DNA of 35,024 nucleotides from an uncultured Lachnospiraceae bacterium (GTDB taxonomy: Bacteria > Bacillota > Clostridia > Lachnospirales > Lachnospiraceae). A program made the position numbers and the translations under genes. The DNA lies in assembly GCA_902766945.1 (NCBI GenBank), contig CACXFK010000182.1:1-35024 (forward strand), written 5' to 3'. Shown piece after piece: positions 1 to 9,115 of the stretch. Every line of letters starts with the position of its first letter. Within the stretch, counting starts at the first letter, position 1. The notes beneath the pieces are model-generated. The model was given only the letters and a program-made list of their open reading frames with translations, did no database searches and was not told where the DNA came from.

Positions 1-36
1 AAATGACGGCAGAAGACTTGTGGGGGTAAAAAACAT

Positions 37-894
37 ATGATCTATCAATGGTTTCCGGGGCATATGACGAAGACGCTTCGTCAGATCAGCGAGCAGCTTA
101 AGCTGATCGACCTGGTGATTGAGATCGCGGACGCCCGCATACCGATGTCCAGCCGGAATCCGGAACTGGATACGATGGCGCGCGGCCGGTCCAGGATCAT
201 CGTACTCGGCAAGATCGATCTGGCCGATCCGGAAGCGACGAAGGCCTGGATGGACTACTACAGGCGGCAGGGAATCCTGCCTTATGCCTGCGATCTGAGA
301 AATAATAAGTCGCTTGCATCGCTTATGCCCCTCATCAGGGAGGCTTGCGCCGGGAAGATCGCGAGGGACAGGCGGAAAGGGATCATGAACCGGCCGATCC
401 GCGCGATGGTGGCCGGCATACCGAACGTCGGCAAATCGACGTTCATCAATTCGTTTTCGGGCTCCCGCTCGCTGAAGACCGGCAACAAACCGGGCGTTAC
501 CAAGGGGAGGCAGTGGATCCGCATCAACTCTGAAGTGGAGCTGATGGACACCCCGGGACTTCTGTGGCCCCGGTTTGAGGATCAGACGGTCGGCGAAAAG
601 ATCGCCCTCATCGGGTCGATGCCGGATGATATTTTAAACCGGGAGGAACTTGCGCTCAATCTGATCCGGGTGCTTGAGACGACGGCGCCCGGGAAACTGA
701 AAGCAAGGTACGAAGTCCCGGAGGATGACAATTTCGCGGCTGTGCTTGAAGGGATCGCGCTGAGGCGCGGGTGCCTGAAGAAAGGCGGAGAACCGGATAC
801 GGAGAAAGCGGCCGGCGTACTGCTCGATGATTTCCGGTCCGGCCGGATCGGCCGCATCACGCTGGATGCGTGCCCGGAGGAAGCGCATGACTGA
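37..894 (+). CDS. rbgA: Ribosome biogenesis GTPase RbgA (YlqF)
   Basis: N-terminal QWFPGHM, DARIP-SSRNP, G1 GIPNVGKS, TGNKPGVTK, G3 DTPG, C-terminal DFRSGRIGRITLD; upstream of rnhB as is typical. Confidence 0.97.
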   Translation: MIYQWFPGHMTKTLRQISEQLKLIDLVIEIADARIPMSSRNPELDTMARGRSRIIVLGKIDLADPEATKAWMDYYRRQGILPYACDLRNNKSLASLMPLIREACAGKIARDRRKGIMNRPIRAMVAGIPNVGKSTFINSFSGSRSLKTGNKPGVTKGRQWIRINSEVELMDTPGLLWPRFEDQTVGEKIALIGSMPDDILNREELALNLIRVLETTAPGKLKARYEVPEDDNFAAVLEGIALRRGCLKKGGEPDTEKAAGVLLDDFRSGRIGRITLDACPEEAHD

Positions 895-1558
895 AAAACA
901 GCTGCAGAAACAAAAAGAGAGAGAAGAGAAGGCGAGACTCAGGCTTGAGAAGGAACTGGCCCGAACGGAGTCGCTGATGGTCTATGAGCGCCGTTTCGCC
1001 GAAAAAGGCCGGATCGCCGGCATCGATGAGGTCGGGCGGGGGCCGCTTGCCGGTCCCGTCGTGGCCTGTGCGGTCATCCTTCCGGCAGATCATCCGATTC
1101 TGTATCTCAACGACTCCAAGCGCCTCACGGCCAAAAAACGGGAGGAATTATACGACGTCATCAACCGGGAAGCCGTTTCCGTCGGACTCGGGATGGAGTC
1201 CCACGCGGTCATCGATGAGATCAACATCCTGCAGGCGACGTATTCCGCGATGAGAAAAGCGATCGCGGCTCTCGACCCGCAGCCTGATTTCCTTCTCAAT
1301 GACGCCGTCACGATTCCGCTCGTCTCCATTCCGCAGTGCCCGATCATTCACGGGGATGCCTCAAGCGTCTCGATCGCGGCGGCCAGCATTGTCGCCAAGG
1401 TCACGAGGGACCGCCTGATGGAGGACTACGATCATCTGTATCCGGAGTACGGATTTGCGAGAAATAAGGGATACGGCACAGCGGAGCACATTGAGGCGAT
1501 CAAAAAGTCCGGACCGTGTCCGATTCACAGGCGCAGTTTTATCTCGAAGTGGATATGA
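887..1558 (+). CDS. rnhB: Ribonuclease HII
   Basis: AGIDEVGRGPLAGPVV, LNDSK, SIAAASIVAKVTRD, NKGYGT and HRRSF motifs. Start moved from ORF-track 827 to ATG 887 (GGAGG at 876-880; overlaps rbgA stop). Confidence 0.96.
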   Translation: MTEKQLQKQKEREEKARLRLEKELARTESLMVYERRFAEKGRIAGIDEVGRGPLAGPVVACAVILPADHPILYLNDSKRLTAKKREELYDVINREAVSVGLGMESHAVIDEINILQATYSAMRKAIAALDPQPDFLLNDAVTIPLVSIPQCPIIHGDASSVSIAAASIVAKVTRDRLMEDYDHLYPEYGFARNKGYGTAEHIEAIKKSGPCPIHRRSFISKWI

Positions 1559-1571
1559 GGTTCCAAGTACT

Positions 1572-1925
1572 ATGAATAACAGACTGCTCGGCGCGGAATA
1601 TGAGGATCGCGCTGCCGGTTATCTTGAAGCGCGGGGTTACCGCATCCTGGAGCGCAATTTCCGCTGCAGGATGGGCGAGATCGACCTCATCGCGGACGAC
1701 GGCGGCGTGCGGGTTTTTGTTGAAGTCAAGTACAGGGCCGGCACGTCTTCCGGTGACGCTCTGAGTGCGGTTGACTGCAGGAAGCAGCGGAAGATCAGCC
1801 GCGTCGCGCTCTTTTACCTTATGAGGCACGGCCTGACTGCGGACACGCCCTGCCGCTTCGACGTGATCGGGATCAACGGCGATCAGATCACCCTTGTCAG
1901 GGACGCATTTCCGTACCGGGGATAA
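1572..1925 (+). CDS. yraN: YraN family (UPF0102) putative endonuclease
   Basis: G-xx-E-xx-A-xx-YL...GYRILERNFRCRMGEIDLI...FVEVKYR...CRFDVI pattern; follows rnhB. Start set to ATG 1572 (GAGG at 1557-1560). Confidence 0.93.
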   Translation: MNNRLLGAEYEDRAAGYLEARGYRILERNFRCRMGEIDLIADDGGVRVFVEVKYRAGTSSGDALSAVDCRKQRKISRVALFYLMRHGLTADTPCRFDVIGINGDQITLVRDAFPYRG

Positions 1926-1944
1926 TGGAGTATAGAGAGAACAG

Positions 1945-2832
1945 ATGGATATCAAGTGGATTCAATCAGAAAAAGGACTGAAGCTCAGAAGACAGGGGGA
2001 CGTGCTCTACCTGACCTATCCGGAATTTGACGCGCTGCCGTGGCTGAAAAACGGCTTTTCAACCCGGTTCGGCGGCGTCAGCAAGGGACCGCTCGCCTCG
2101 ATGAATCTCGGCTTCGGGCGCGGGGACGATCCCGCAAACGTAAAGGAAAATTTCAGAAGGATCGCAAAGGCGGTCGGGTTTAAGCCCGAGCATATCGTCT
2201 GCACGCAGCAGACTCATACGACCCATGTGATCCGCGTCGGAGAGAAGGACCGCGGCAAGGGCTATACAAGAGAGCGGGGCTGGACCGATGTGGACGGCCT
2301 CGTCACGGATGACCCGAACGTCGTTCTTACGACATTTTACGCGGACTGCGTCCCGCTCTTCTTTGTGGATCCGGAGCATCACGCCATCGGGCTTTCGCAC
2401 TCGGGATGGCGCGGAACGGCCGCCGGGATGGCTTCGGTCACGATCGACAAAATGAAGAAGGAATTCGGCTCCGATCCCGGTCAGATGCTCGCCGCCATCG
2501 GCCCGTCCATCTGCCAGAACTGCTATGAGGTCAGTGAAGACGTGGCGATGCAGTTCCCGAACTGCTACATCCGTCCGCACGGACCCGGAAAGTATCTGCT
2601 CGATCTGCAGAGTGCAAACCGAGGCCTCATGGTCGAGGCGGGCATTCCGTCGGACCGCGTCTTCATGCCGAACCTCTGCACGGCCTGCAATCCGGACTTC
2701 CTGTTTTCGCACCGGGCGACCGGGGGACAGCGGGGGTCGCTTGCAGCCTTTCTAGCCGTCACCGAGGTGACGGAAGAGCGGAAACTGATGGAAGAGCTCC
2801 GGGAGGCATCGGCCGCCTTCCGGCTGTCATGA
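1945..2832 (+). CDS. pgeF: PgeF/YfiH family protein (peptidoglycan editing factor / purine nucleoside phosphorylase-like)
   Basis: FSTRxGGVS, QxH, DGLVT, ADCVP, HSGWRGT, IGPSI-C--CYEV, CTAC...FSHR motifs. Confidence 0.92.
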   Translation: MDIKWIQSEKGLKLRRQGDVLYLTYPEFDALPWLKNGFSTRFGGVSKGPLASMNLGFGRGDDPANVKENFRRIAKAVGFKPEHIVCTQQTHTTHVIRVGEKDRGKGYTRERGWTDVDGLVTDDPNVVLTTFYADCVPLFFVDPEHHAIGLSHSGWRGTAAGMASVTIDKMKKEFGSDPGQMLAAIGPSICQNCYEVSEDVAMQFPNCYIRPHGPGKYLLDLQSANRGLMVEAGIPSDRVFMPNLCTACNPDFLFSHRATGGQRGSLAAFLAVTEVTEERKLMEELREASAAFRLS

Positions 2833-2845
2833 GACAAGGCAGTGC

Positions 2846-2874
2846 TTGACAAAAAACCGGCGGAATCATATCAT
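2846..2874 (+). promoter_or_regulatory. Sigma-A type promoter for leuS
   Basis: TTGACA (2846-2851), 17-nt spacer, TATCAT (2869-2874); AGGAGG ribosome-binding site just before ATG 2913. Confidence 0.8.
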
Positions 2875-2912
2875 TTTTTACTATGAAAGACATACCAGGA
2901 GGATGAACACAT

Positions 2913-5336
2913 ATGGCAGTTCCCTATAACCACTTAGAAGTGGAGACCAAGTGGAGAAAGAAATGGGAGGAGAACCCGGTTAACGTCAATGACGGGAAGA
3001 AGCCGAAGTATTATTGCCTCGACATGTTCCCGTATCCGTCAGGTGCAGGACTTCATGTCGGACACTGGAGAGGCTACGTCATCTCCGACGTGTGGGCGCG
3101 CTATAAGATGATGGACGGCGGGCATTATGTGATCCATCCGATGGGCTGGGACGCATTCGGCCTGCCCGCGGAGAACTACGCGATCAAGACCGGCCAGCAT
3201 CCCGCCATTTCCACGGCGGCAAACGTCGCGAATATTCGCAGGCAGATTGATCAGATCGGCGCGATCCGCGACTGGGATATGGAAGTCAACACGACGGATC
3301 CGGCCTTTTACAAATGGACGCAGTGGATCTTCGTCCAGATGTTCAAGCACGGACTCGCTTATGAGAAGGAAATGCCGCTGAACTGGTGTCCGAGCTGCAA
3401 AGCGGTTCTCGCAAACGAGGAAGTCGTCGACGGCAAGTGCGAGCGGTGCGGGTCCGAAGTGACCAAGAAGAACCTCCGCCAGTGGATGCTGAAGATAACC
3501 AAGTATGCGGACCGGCTTCTTGAAGGACTTGAAGGACTCGAGTGGCCGGAAAAAGTCAAGAAGATGCAGACCGACTGGATCGGCCGCTCATACGGCGCGG
3601 AAGTGAACTTCAAGGTTGACGGCATGGATGAACAGCTGACCGTCTACACGACGAGGCCGGATACGCTGTACGGCGCGACATTTATGGTGCTGGCGCCCGA
3701 GCACGAGCTGGTCGGGAAACTGACAACGGACGCGCAGAGGGAGGCCGTGGAGGCTTACTGCGCTGCCGCCGCCAACAAGTCCAGCGTCGACCGCGTCCAG
3801 AATAAAGAAAAGACCGGCGTTTTCACCGGCAGCTATGCGATCAACCCGCTGAACGGGAAGAAGCTTCAGATCTGGCTGTCCGATTATGTGCTGGCTGATT
3901 ACGGAACGGGCGCGATCATGTGCGTGCCGGCCCATGACGACCGCGACTTTGCATTTGCCAAAAAGTTCGGTCTTCCGATCGTACAGGTCATCGCCAGGGA
4001 CGGCGTCGAGATCGAAGATATGCAGGAAGCCTACACCGAGGCCAGCGGCACGATGATCAACTCGGGCAGCTGGAACGGGATGGAGTCTTCCGTGCTGAAG
4101 GAAGAAGCCCCGATGATGATTGAGAAGATGGGCTTCGGCAAAAAGACCGTGAACTATAAGCTCCGCGACTGGGTTTTCTCACGTCAGCGCTACTGGGGTG
4201 AACCGATTCCGATCGTGCACTGCAGCAAGTGCGGACCGGTTGCGGTGCCGGAGGAAGAACTCCCGGTTCTTCTCCCGGACGTCGAATCCTATCAGCCGAC
4301 CGACACAGGCGAGTCACCGCTGGCGGCCATCGACAGCTGGGTCAATACGACCTGCCCGTGCTGCGGCGGACCGGCGAAGCGCGAGACCAATACGATGCCG
4401 CAGTGGGCGGGGTCATCCTGGTATTTCCTCCGCTATGTGGACGCGCACAACGACAAGGAACTTGTAAGCCGCGAGAAAGCGGACGCGTATCTGCCGGTTG
4501 ATATGTATATCGGCGGTGTCGAGCACGCGGTGCTGCATCTTCTGTATTCCAGGTTCTATACCAAGTTCCTGCATGACATCGGCGTCGTGGATTTCGACGA
4601 GCCGTTCAGGCGGCTCTTCAACCAGGGCATGATTCTCGGTCCGAAGGGCGTCAAGATGAGTAAATCGCTCGGAAATGTCGTCTCTCCGGACGACATGGTC
4701 CGGGATTACGGCTGCGACTCGCTGCGCATCTATGAGCTCTTCATCGGACCGCCGCAGCAGGACAGCGCGTGGGATGAGCGCGGCATCGACGGCGTCAACA
4801 GATTCCTCAACAAGTTCTGGAATCTGGCGCTGGACAGCATCGAGGCGGACGTTCCTGCGACGCAGGAGATGATCAGGCTCCGCCACAAGCTGATCGCCGA
4901 TATTACGATGCGCCTTGACCAGTTCGCACTCAACACGGTTGTCTCCAAGTTCATGGAGTATAACAATCAGATGGCGGCGATCGCCCGTGAGTGCGGCGGC
5001 GTGGACAAAGAGACGATCGAGACCTATGTCACGCTGCTGGCCCCGTTCGCGCCGCATCTGTGCGAAGAACTCTGGGAGAGATGCGGACACACGGAGACCG
5101 TGTTCCATACGTCCTGGCCGAAGTCGGATGCTTCTTTAGCCGCGGACGACGAGAAGGAAGTGCCGGTCCAGCTGAACGGAAAGACGCGCGCGGTGATCCG
5201 CGTGAGCGCCTCCATTTCCAGGGAAGATGCGCTGGAGAAGGCGAAGGAAGCGGTGAAAGACAAGATGGACGGCGCGCAGATCGTAAAAGAGATCTATGTG
5301 CCGGGCAAGATCATCAACATCGTGATCAGGAAATAA
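2913..5336 (+). CDS. leuS: Leucine--tRNA ligase
   Basis: MFPYPSGAGLHVGH (HIGH-like), GWDAFGLPAEN, TTRPDT and GTGAIMCVPAHD editing-domain motifs, SRQRYWGEPIP, KMSKS. Confidence 0.98.
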   Translation: MAVPYNHLEVETKWRKKWEENPVNVNDGKKPKYYCLDMFPYPSGAGLHVGHWRGYVISDVWARYKMMDGGHYVIHPMGWDAFGLPAENYAIKTGQHPAISTAANVANIRRQIDQIGAIRDWDMEVNTTDPAFYKWTQWIFVQMFKHGLAYEKEMPLNWCPSCKAVLANEEVVDGKCERCGSEVTKKNLRQWMLKITKYADRLLEGLEGLEWPEKVKKMQTDWIGRSYGAEVNFKVDGMDEQLTVYTTRPDTLYGATFMVLAPEHELVGKLTTDAQREAVEAYCAAAANKSSVDRVQNKEKTGVFTGSYAINPLNGKKLQIWLSDYVLADYGTGAIMCVPAHDDRDFAFAKKFGLPIVQVIARDGVEIEDMQEAYTEASGTMINSGSWNGMESSVLKEEAPMMIEKMGFGKKTVNYKLRDWVFSRQRYWGEPIPIVHCSKCGPVAVPEEELPVLLPDVESYQPTDTGESPLAAIDSWVNTTCPCCGGPAKRETNTMPQWAGSSWYFLRYVDAHNDKELVSREKADAYLPVDMYIGGVEHAVLHLLYSRFYTKFLHDIGVVDFDEPFRRLFNQGMILGPKGVKMSKSLGNVVSPDDMVRDYGCDSLRIYELFIGPPQQDSAWDERGIDGVNRFLNKFWNLALDSIEADVPATQEMIRLRHKLIADITMRLDQFALNTVVSKFMEYNNQMAAIARECGGVDKETIETYVTLLAPFAPHLCEELWERCGHTETVFHTSWPKSDASLAADDEKEVPVQLNGKTRAVIRVSASISREDALEKAKEAVKDKMDGAQIVKEIYVPGKIINIVIRK

Positions 5337-5346
5337 GGGTATATCC

Positions 5347-5393
5347 GTACAGGCAGGTGATCCGGCAGTATGCTTCACCTGCCTGTACTTCTT
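5347..5393 (+). terminator. Long stem-loop after leuS, probable intrinsic terminator or processing hairpin
   Basis: Perfect 14-bp inverted repeat GTACAGGCAGGTGA (5347-5360) / TCACCTGCCTGTAC (5375-5388), followed by only TTCTT. Confidence 0.65.
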
Positions 5394-5412
5394 ACTATGG
5401 AAAGAGGGAAAC

Positions 5413-7164
5413 ATGGCATTTGACGGTATCACCACGGCCGGGATCGCCGCCGAGCTTCAGGAAACGCTTGCGGGCGGCGTGATCAGCCGCATCATTCAGC
5501 CGGAGAGAGATGAACTGATGCTCACGGTCCGGAGCAAGGGCGGGCAGAAGCTGCTGCTTATGAGCGCGAACGCGTCGCTCCCGCTGATCTATCTGACAGA
5601 TGTGAAAAAGGAGGCGCCGATGACGGCACCGAATTTCTGCATGCTTCTCAGGAAGCACCTGCAGGGCGGCCAGATCACGGAGATCGTTCAGCCGTCCCTG
5701 GAGCGCATCATCATGATCGGAATCATGCACCGGGACGAGCTCGGCGATCTGTGCAGAAAGAAACTGATCATCGAACTCATGGGAAAGTACAGCAACATCA
5801 TTCTGACGGACGACGGGGACCGGATCCTCGACAGCATCAAAAGAGTTCCGTCGAGCGTGAGCTCCGTGCGCGAGGTGCTGCCCGGAAGGAACTACTTCAT
5901 CCCTGAGACAACCGGCAAGAGAAACCCGCTTGCGGCTTCGGGAGAGGATTTTATAAATGGTATGGAGCAGGCGCCCGGGGACGTCGTCCACGCTTTATAC
6001 GGCACGTACACGGGGCTTTCGCCGTCCGCCGCGGAGGAGTTTGTCTACGAGGCGGGAATCGACGGACGCTGTCTTTTCAGGGATCTGAAGGAGGACGAAA
6101 AGGAGGCGCTTGCCGATGTGTTCCTGTCCCGCATGGCTGAGATCCGGAGCGGGCATTTTTACCCGAACATCGTAAGCTGCGGCGGAGAACCGAAGGAATT
6201 CGGCGTGTTCCCGTACAGGATGTACGCCCATGATCCGTACAGTGCGAAGGCGGTCGGATCGGCCAGCCGCATGCTCATCGAGTATTACGGAGCCAGGGAG
6301 CGGTCCACAAGGATCCGCCAGAAATCGGCGGATCTGCGTCACATCGTCACGACGGCTCTCGAGCGGACGAACCGCAAGTTCGCGATTCAGGAGAAGCAGC
6401 TGCAAAGCACGGAAAAGCGGGACCGGTACCGTATCTACGGAGAGATGCTGAACACGTACGGATACAGCGCGCCGGAAGGGGCAAAGGAACTTGTCTGCAC
6501 CAACTACTACACGAGCGAACCGATCACGGTGCCCCTGGATCCCGAGCTGTCGGCGTCCGAAAACGCCCAGCGCTATTTTGCGCGCTATAATAAGCTGAAG
6601 CGCACCGAGGAAGCCCTGAAAGGACAGATCGAGGAGACGGCCGGCGACCGCGATCAGCTGACGGCCTGCCTGACGGCGATCGATCTGGCTGAAAATGAGA
6701 CGGATCTCTCGGATATCCGGCGCGAACTCTCGGATTTCGGCTTCATCCAGAAAAAAGGGCCGTCAAGGAAGGGAGTAAGGCGTGAGGCGAAGTCCGCTCC
6801 TTATCTGTACCGGTCCTCGGACGGGTTCCTGATCTATGTGGGAAAGAACAACTATCAGAACGAGGAGCTTTCCTTCAGGATCGCGGACGGCTCCGACTGG
6901 TGGTTTCACGCGAAAGGGGCGCCTGGAAGCCATGTGATCGTGAAAACGGGAGGACGGGAGCTCACGGACCGGACGTATGAAGAGGCCGGCGCGCTTGCCG
7001 CCTTCTATTCCTCTAAGCGGAAGGCCCCGAAGGTCGAGGTGGATTATACGCTTCGCCGCAATCTGAGAAAGAAAAACGGGGGAAAACCCGGGTTCGTCAT
7101 CTACCACACCAATTATTCGCTGATGGCCGTGCCGGACATTTCTTCCCTCACGCGAATCGAATGA
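5413..7164 (+). CDS. rqcH: NFACT family ribosome quality control factor RqcH (Rqc2/FbpA)
   Basis: MAFDG start, FCMLLRKHL, ELMGKYSNIIL, long coiled coil with ENAQRYFARYNKLK, C-terminal VGKNNYQNE...WFHAKGAPGSHV (NFACT-R). Confidence 0.93.
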   Translation: MAFDGITTAGIAAELQETLAGGVISRIIQPERDELMLTVRSKGGQKLLLMSANASLPLIYLTDVKKEAPMTAPNFCMLLRKHLQGGQITEIVQPSLERIIMIGIMHRDELGDLCRKKLIIELMGKYSNIILTDDGDRILDSIKRVPSSVSSVREVLPGRNYFIPETTGKRNPLAASGEDFINGMEQAPGDVVHALYGTYTGLSPSAAEEFVYEAGIDGRCLFRDLKEDEKEALADVFLSRMAEIRSGHFYPNIVSCGGEPKEFGVFPYRMYAHDPYSAKAVGSASRMLIEYYGARERSTRIRQKSADLRHIVTTALERTNRKFAIQEKQLQSTEKRDRYRIYGEMLNTYGYSAPEGAKELVCTNYYTSEPITVPLDPELSASENAQRYFARYNKLKRTEEALKGQIEETAGDRDQLTACLTAIDLAENETDLSDIRRELSDFGFIQKKGPSRKGVRREAKSAPYLYRSSDGFLIYVGKNNYQNEELSFRIADGSDWWFHAKGAPGSHVIVKTGGRELTDRTYEEAGALAAFYSSKRKAPKVEVDYTLRRNLRKKNGGKPGFVIYHTNYSLMAVPDISSLTRIE

Positions 7165-7197
7165 AAACGCAGGGACTCCTTTGGTAAGGGGAACTGA

Positions 7198-7226
7198 TTG
7201 ACGGACTCTGTATTTTGCTGTAAACT
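7198..7226 (+). promoter_or_regulatory. Putative sigma-A promoter for yicC-gmk-rpoZ-rimO-pgsA
   Basis: TTGACG (7198-7203), 17-nt spacer, TAAACT (7221-7226) in an AT-rich intergenic gap. Confidence 0.6.
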
Positions 7227-7275
7227 CGATAGAATGATGATTGAAATCCATTCTTAAAAAGGGGTGGGATCTGTT

Positions 7276-8154
7276 ATGATACGCAGTATGACCGGTTACG
7301 GGCGGGCGGAGTACGTGACCGAAAAGCGCAGAATCTCCGTCGAGATGAAGTCCGTCAACAACCGTTACGCGGACATCAACATCCGTATGCCGCGCAAGTT
7401 CAGCTTTCTCGAGGCAAAGATTCGGAACATGCTGAAGGAATACGTCCAGCGCGGGAAGATCGATGTATTTATCTCGTCAGAGGAGTACGGCGATGAAGCC
7501 GGCTCGCTGAAGTACAACGAGACGCTTGCGGGTGAATACATCGGATATCTGAAGTCCATGGCCAGGCAGTTCCAGCTCGACGGGGGCGTGACCGCCGCCG
7601 ATATCCTGAAGGCTCCGGAGGTTTTTACGATCGGCGAGCCGGACAAGGACGAGGAAGAACTCTGGGGTATGATTGAGACCGTTCTGAGAGAAGCGGCCGG
7701 CCGGTTCAACGAGTCACGGGAGGCCGAGGGAGAGAAGCTCCGGGATGATCTCATGATCAAGCTGGACGAGCTCGAGTCGGTGACGGACGAAGTCATCAGA
7801 CATGAGCCGGAGGTGATGGCCGCTTACAGAGAGCGCCTGACCGAGACGCTGACCGAGATCCTTGCGGATAAGAGCATCGACGAGTCGCGGATTGCGGCGG
7901 AGTGCGTCGTATATGCCGACCGGATCTGCACGGACGAGGAGACGGTCCGGCTGAAAAGTCATATCGACCAGATGCGGAAGGAACTCAGCGGAAGCGGAAG
8001 CATCGGGCGGAAACTTGACTTTGTAGCCCAGGAGATGAACCGGGAGGCCAACACGACTTTGTCGAAGGCCGGCGATCTGCTTACAGCGGATCTGGGGATC
8101 GCGATGAAGACGCTGATCGAGAAGATCCGGGAACAGATACAGAATATTGAGTGA
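7276..8154 (+). CDS. yicC: YicC/YloC family endoribonuclease
   Basis: MIRSMTGYGR, SVNNRY, RGKIDV, GRKLDFVAQEMNREANT, IREQIQNIE. Start set to ATG 7276. Confidence 0.94.
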   Translation: MIRSMTGYGRAEYVTEKRRISVEMKSVNNRYADINIRMPRKFSFLEAKIRNMLKEYVQRGKIDVFISSEEYGDEAGSLKYNETLAGEYIGYLKSMARQFQLDGGVTAADILKAPEVFTIGEPDKDEEELWGMIETVLREAAGRFNESREAEGEKLRDDLMIKLDELESVTDEVIRHEPEVMAAYRERLTETLTEILADKSIDESRIAAECVVYADRICTDEETVRLKSHIDQMRKELSGSGSIGRKLDFVAQEMNREANTTLSKAGDLLTADLGIAMKTLIEKIREQIQNIE

Positions 8155-8183
8155 CCTTCAAGGCGAAAGGGGGATCAGACTAG

Positions 8184-8834
8184 TTGGGCAAGGCACAGGA
8201 TACATCTTCCGGACAGGGAATTTTGATTGTCGTTTCCGGGTTTTCCGGAGCGGGAAAAGGCACTGTGATGAAGAAGCTGATGCAGGAGTACGACGGATAC
8301 GCGCTCTCGGTATCGGCGACGACGCGTGCGCCCCGCGAGGGTGAAGAGCACGGCCGGGAGTATTTCTTCATTGACAGGGAGACATTTCTCGGGATGATTG
8401 AAAATGAGGCCCTCTATGAGTATGCCGAGTATAACGGCAATTTCTACGGGACGCCCAGGGCTTACGTAGATGAACAGCGGGAATGCGGCCGGGACGTCAT
8501 ACTCGAGATCGAAGTACAGGGCGCGGAGAAGATCAAAAAGACCTTCCCCGATACGGTCCTGATCTTTGTGACGCCTCCCACGGCGAAGGAGCTGAAAGAC
8601 CGTCTGATCGGCAGGGGATCCGAGACGCCGGAGGCGGTCTTCGCCAGGCTCAGCCGGGCTGCGGAGGAAGCGAAGTACATGCCGTTCTATGACTATGTGA
8701 TGGTCAACGACGACCTGGACCGCTGCGTCAGGGAACTCAATGCCATCATTAAATCAGAACACATGAAAGCAGGCAGAAATAAAGAGTTCATCCTCAGGAT
8801 CACCGATGAACTCAGGACCATTACAACCGATTGA
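8184..8834 (+). CDS. gmk: Guanylate kinase
   Basis: SGFSGAGKGT P-loop, SATTRAPREGEEHGREYFF, YGTP, LEIEVQGA. TTG start with AAAGGGGG upstream. Confidence 0.96.
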   Translation: MGKAQDTSSGQGILIVVSGFSGAGKGTVMKKLMQEYDGYALSVSATTRAPREGEEHGREYFFIDRETFLGMIENEALYEYAEYNGNFYGTPRAYVDEQRECGRDVILEIEVQGAEKIKKTFPDTVLIFVTPPTAKELKDRLIGRGSETPEAVFARLSRAAEEAKYMPFYDYVMVNDDLDRCVRELNAIIKSEHMKAGRNKEFILRITDELRTITTD

Positions 8835-8851
8835 GAAAGGGAAAAAACACT

Positions 8852-9115
8852 ATGATGATTCATCCGTCTTATAAAGAAATGATGGAAGCCGTCAACTCCG
8901 AGAGCGAAGACGATACGACGCCGATCGTGTCCAGCCGCTACTCGATCGTGATGGCTACGGCAAAACGCGCCCGTCAGATTGTGAACGGAGATGAGCCGCT
9001 CGTGATGAGCTCCGCCGGGAGAAAACCGCTGTCTGTCGCGGTTGACGAGATCTACGAAGGCGCGGTCCGCATCCTTCCGGATGACGCTCAGGGAACGGAC
9101 GAGAAGAACGCATGA
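8852..9115 (+). CDS. rpoZ: RNA polymerase omega subunit
   Basis: HPS...SRYSIVMATAKRARQI...KPLSVAVDEI; between gmk and rimO. Start is ATG 8852 or 8855. Confidence 0.92.
   Translation: MMIHPSYKEMMEAVNSESEDDTTPIVSSRYSIVMATAKRARQIVNGDEPLVMSSAGRKPLSVAVDEIYEGAVRILPDDAQGTDEKNA

Noticed and set aside
1-36. Possible 3' end of an upstream gene (TGA at 4-6)
   Set aside because: Too little sequence to identify.
8147-8344. 65-aa + strand ORF at the yicC-gmk junction as a possible remA
   Set aside because: Overlaps gmk out of frame and does not resemble RemA/DUF370.
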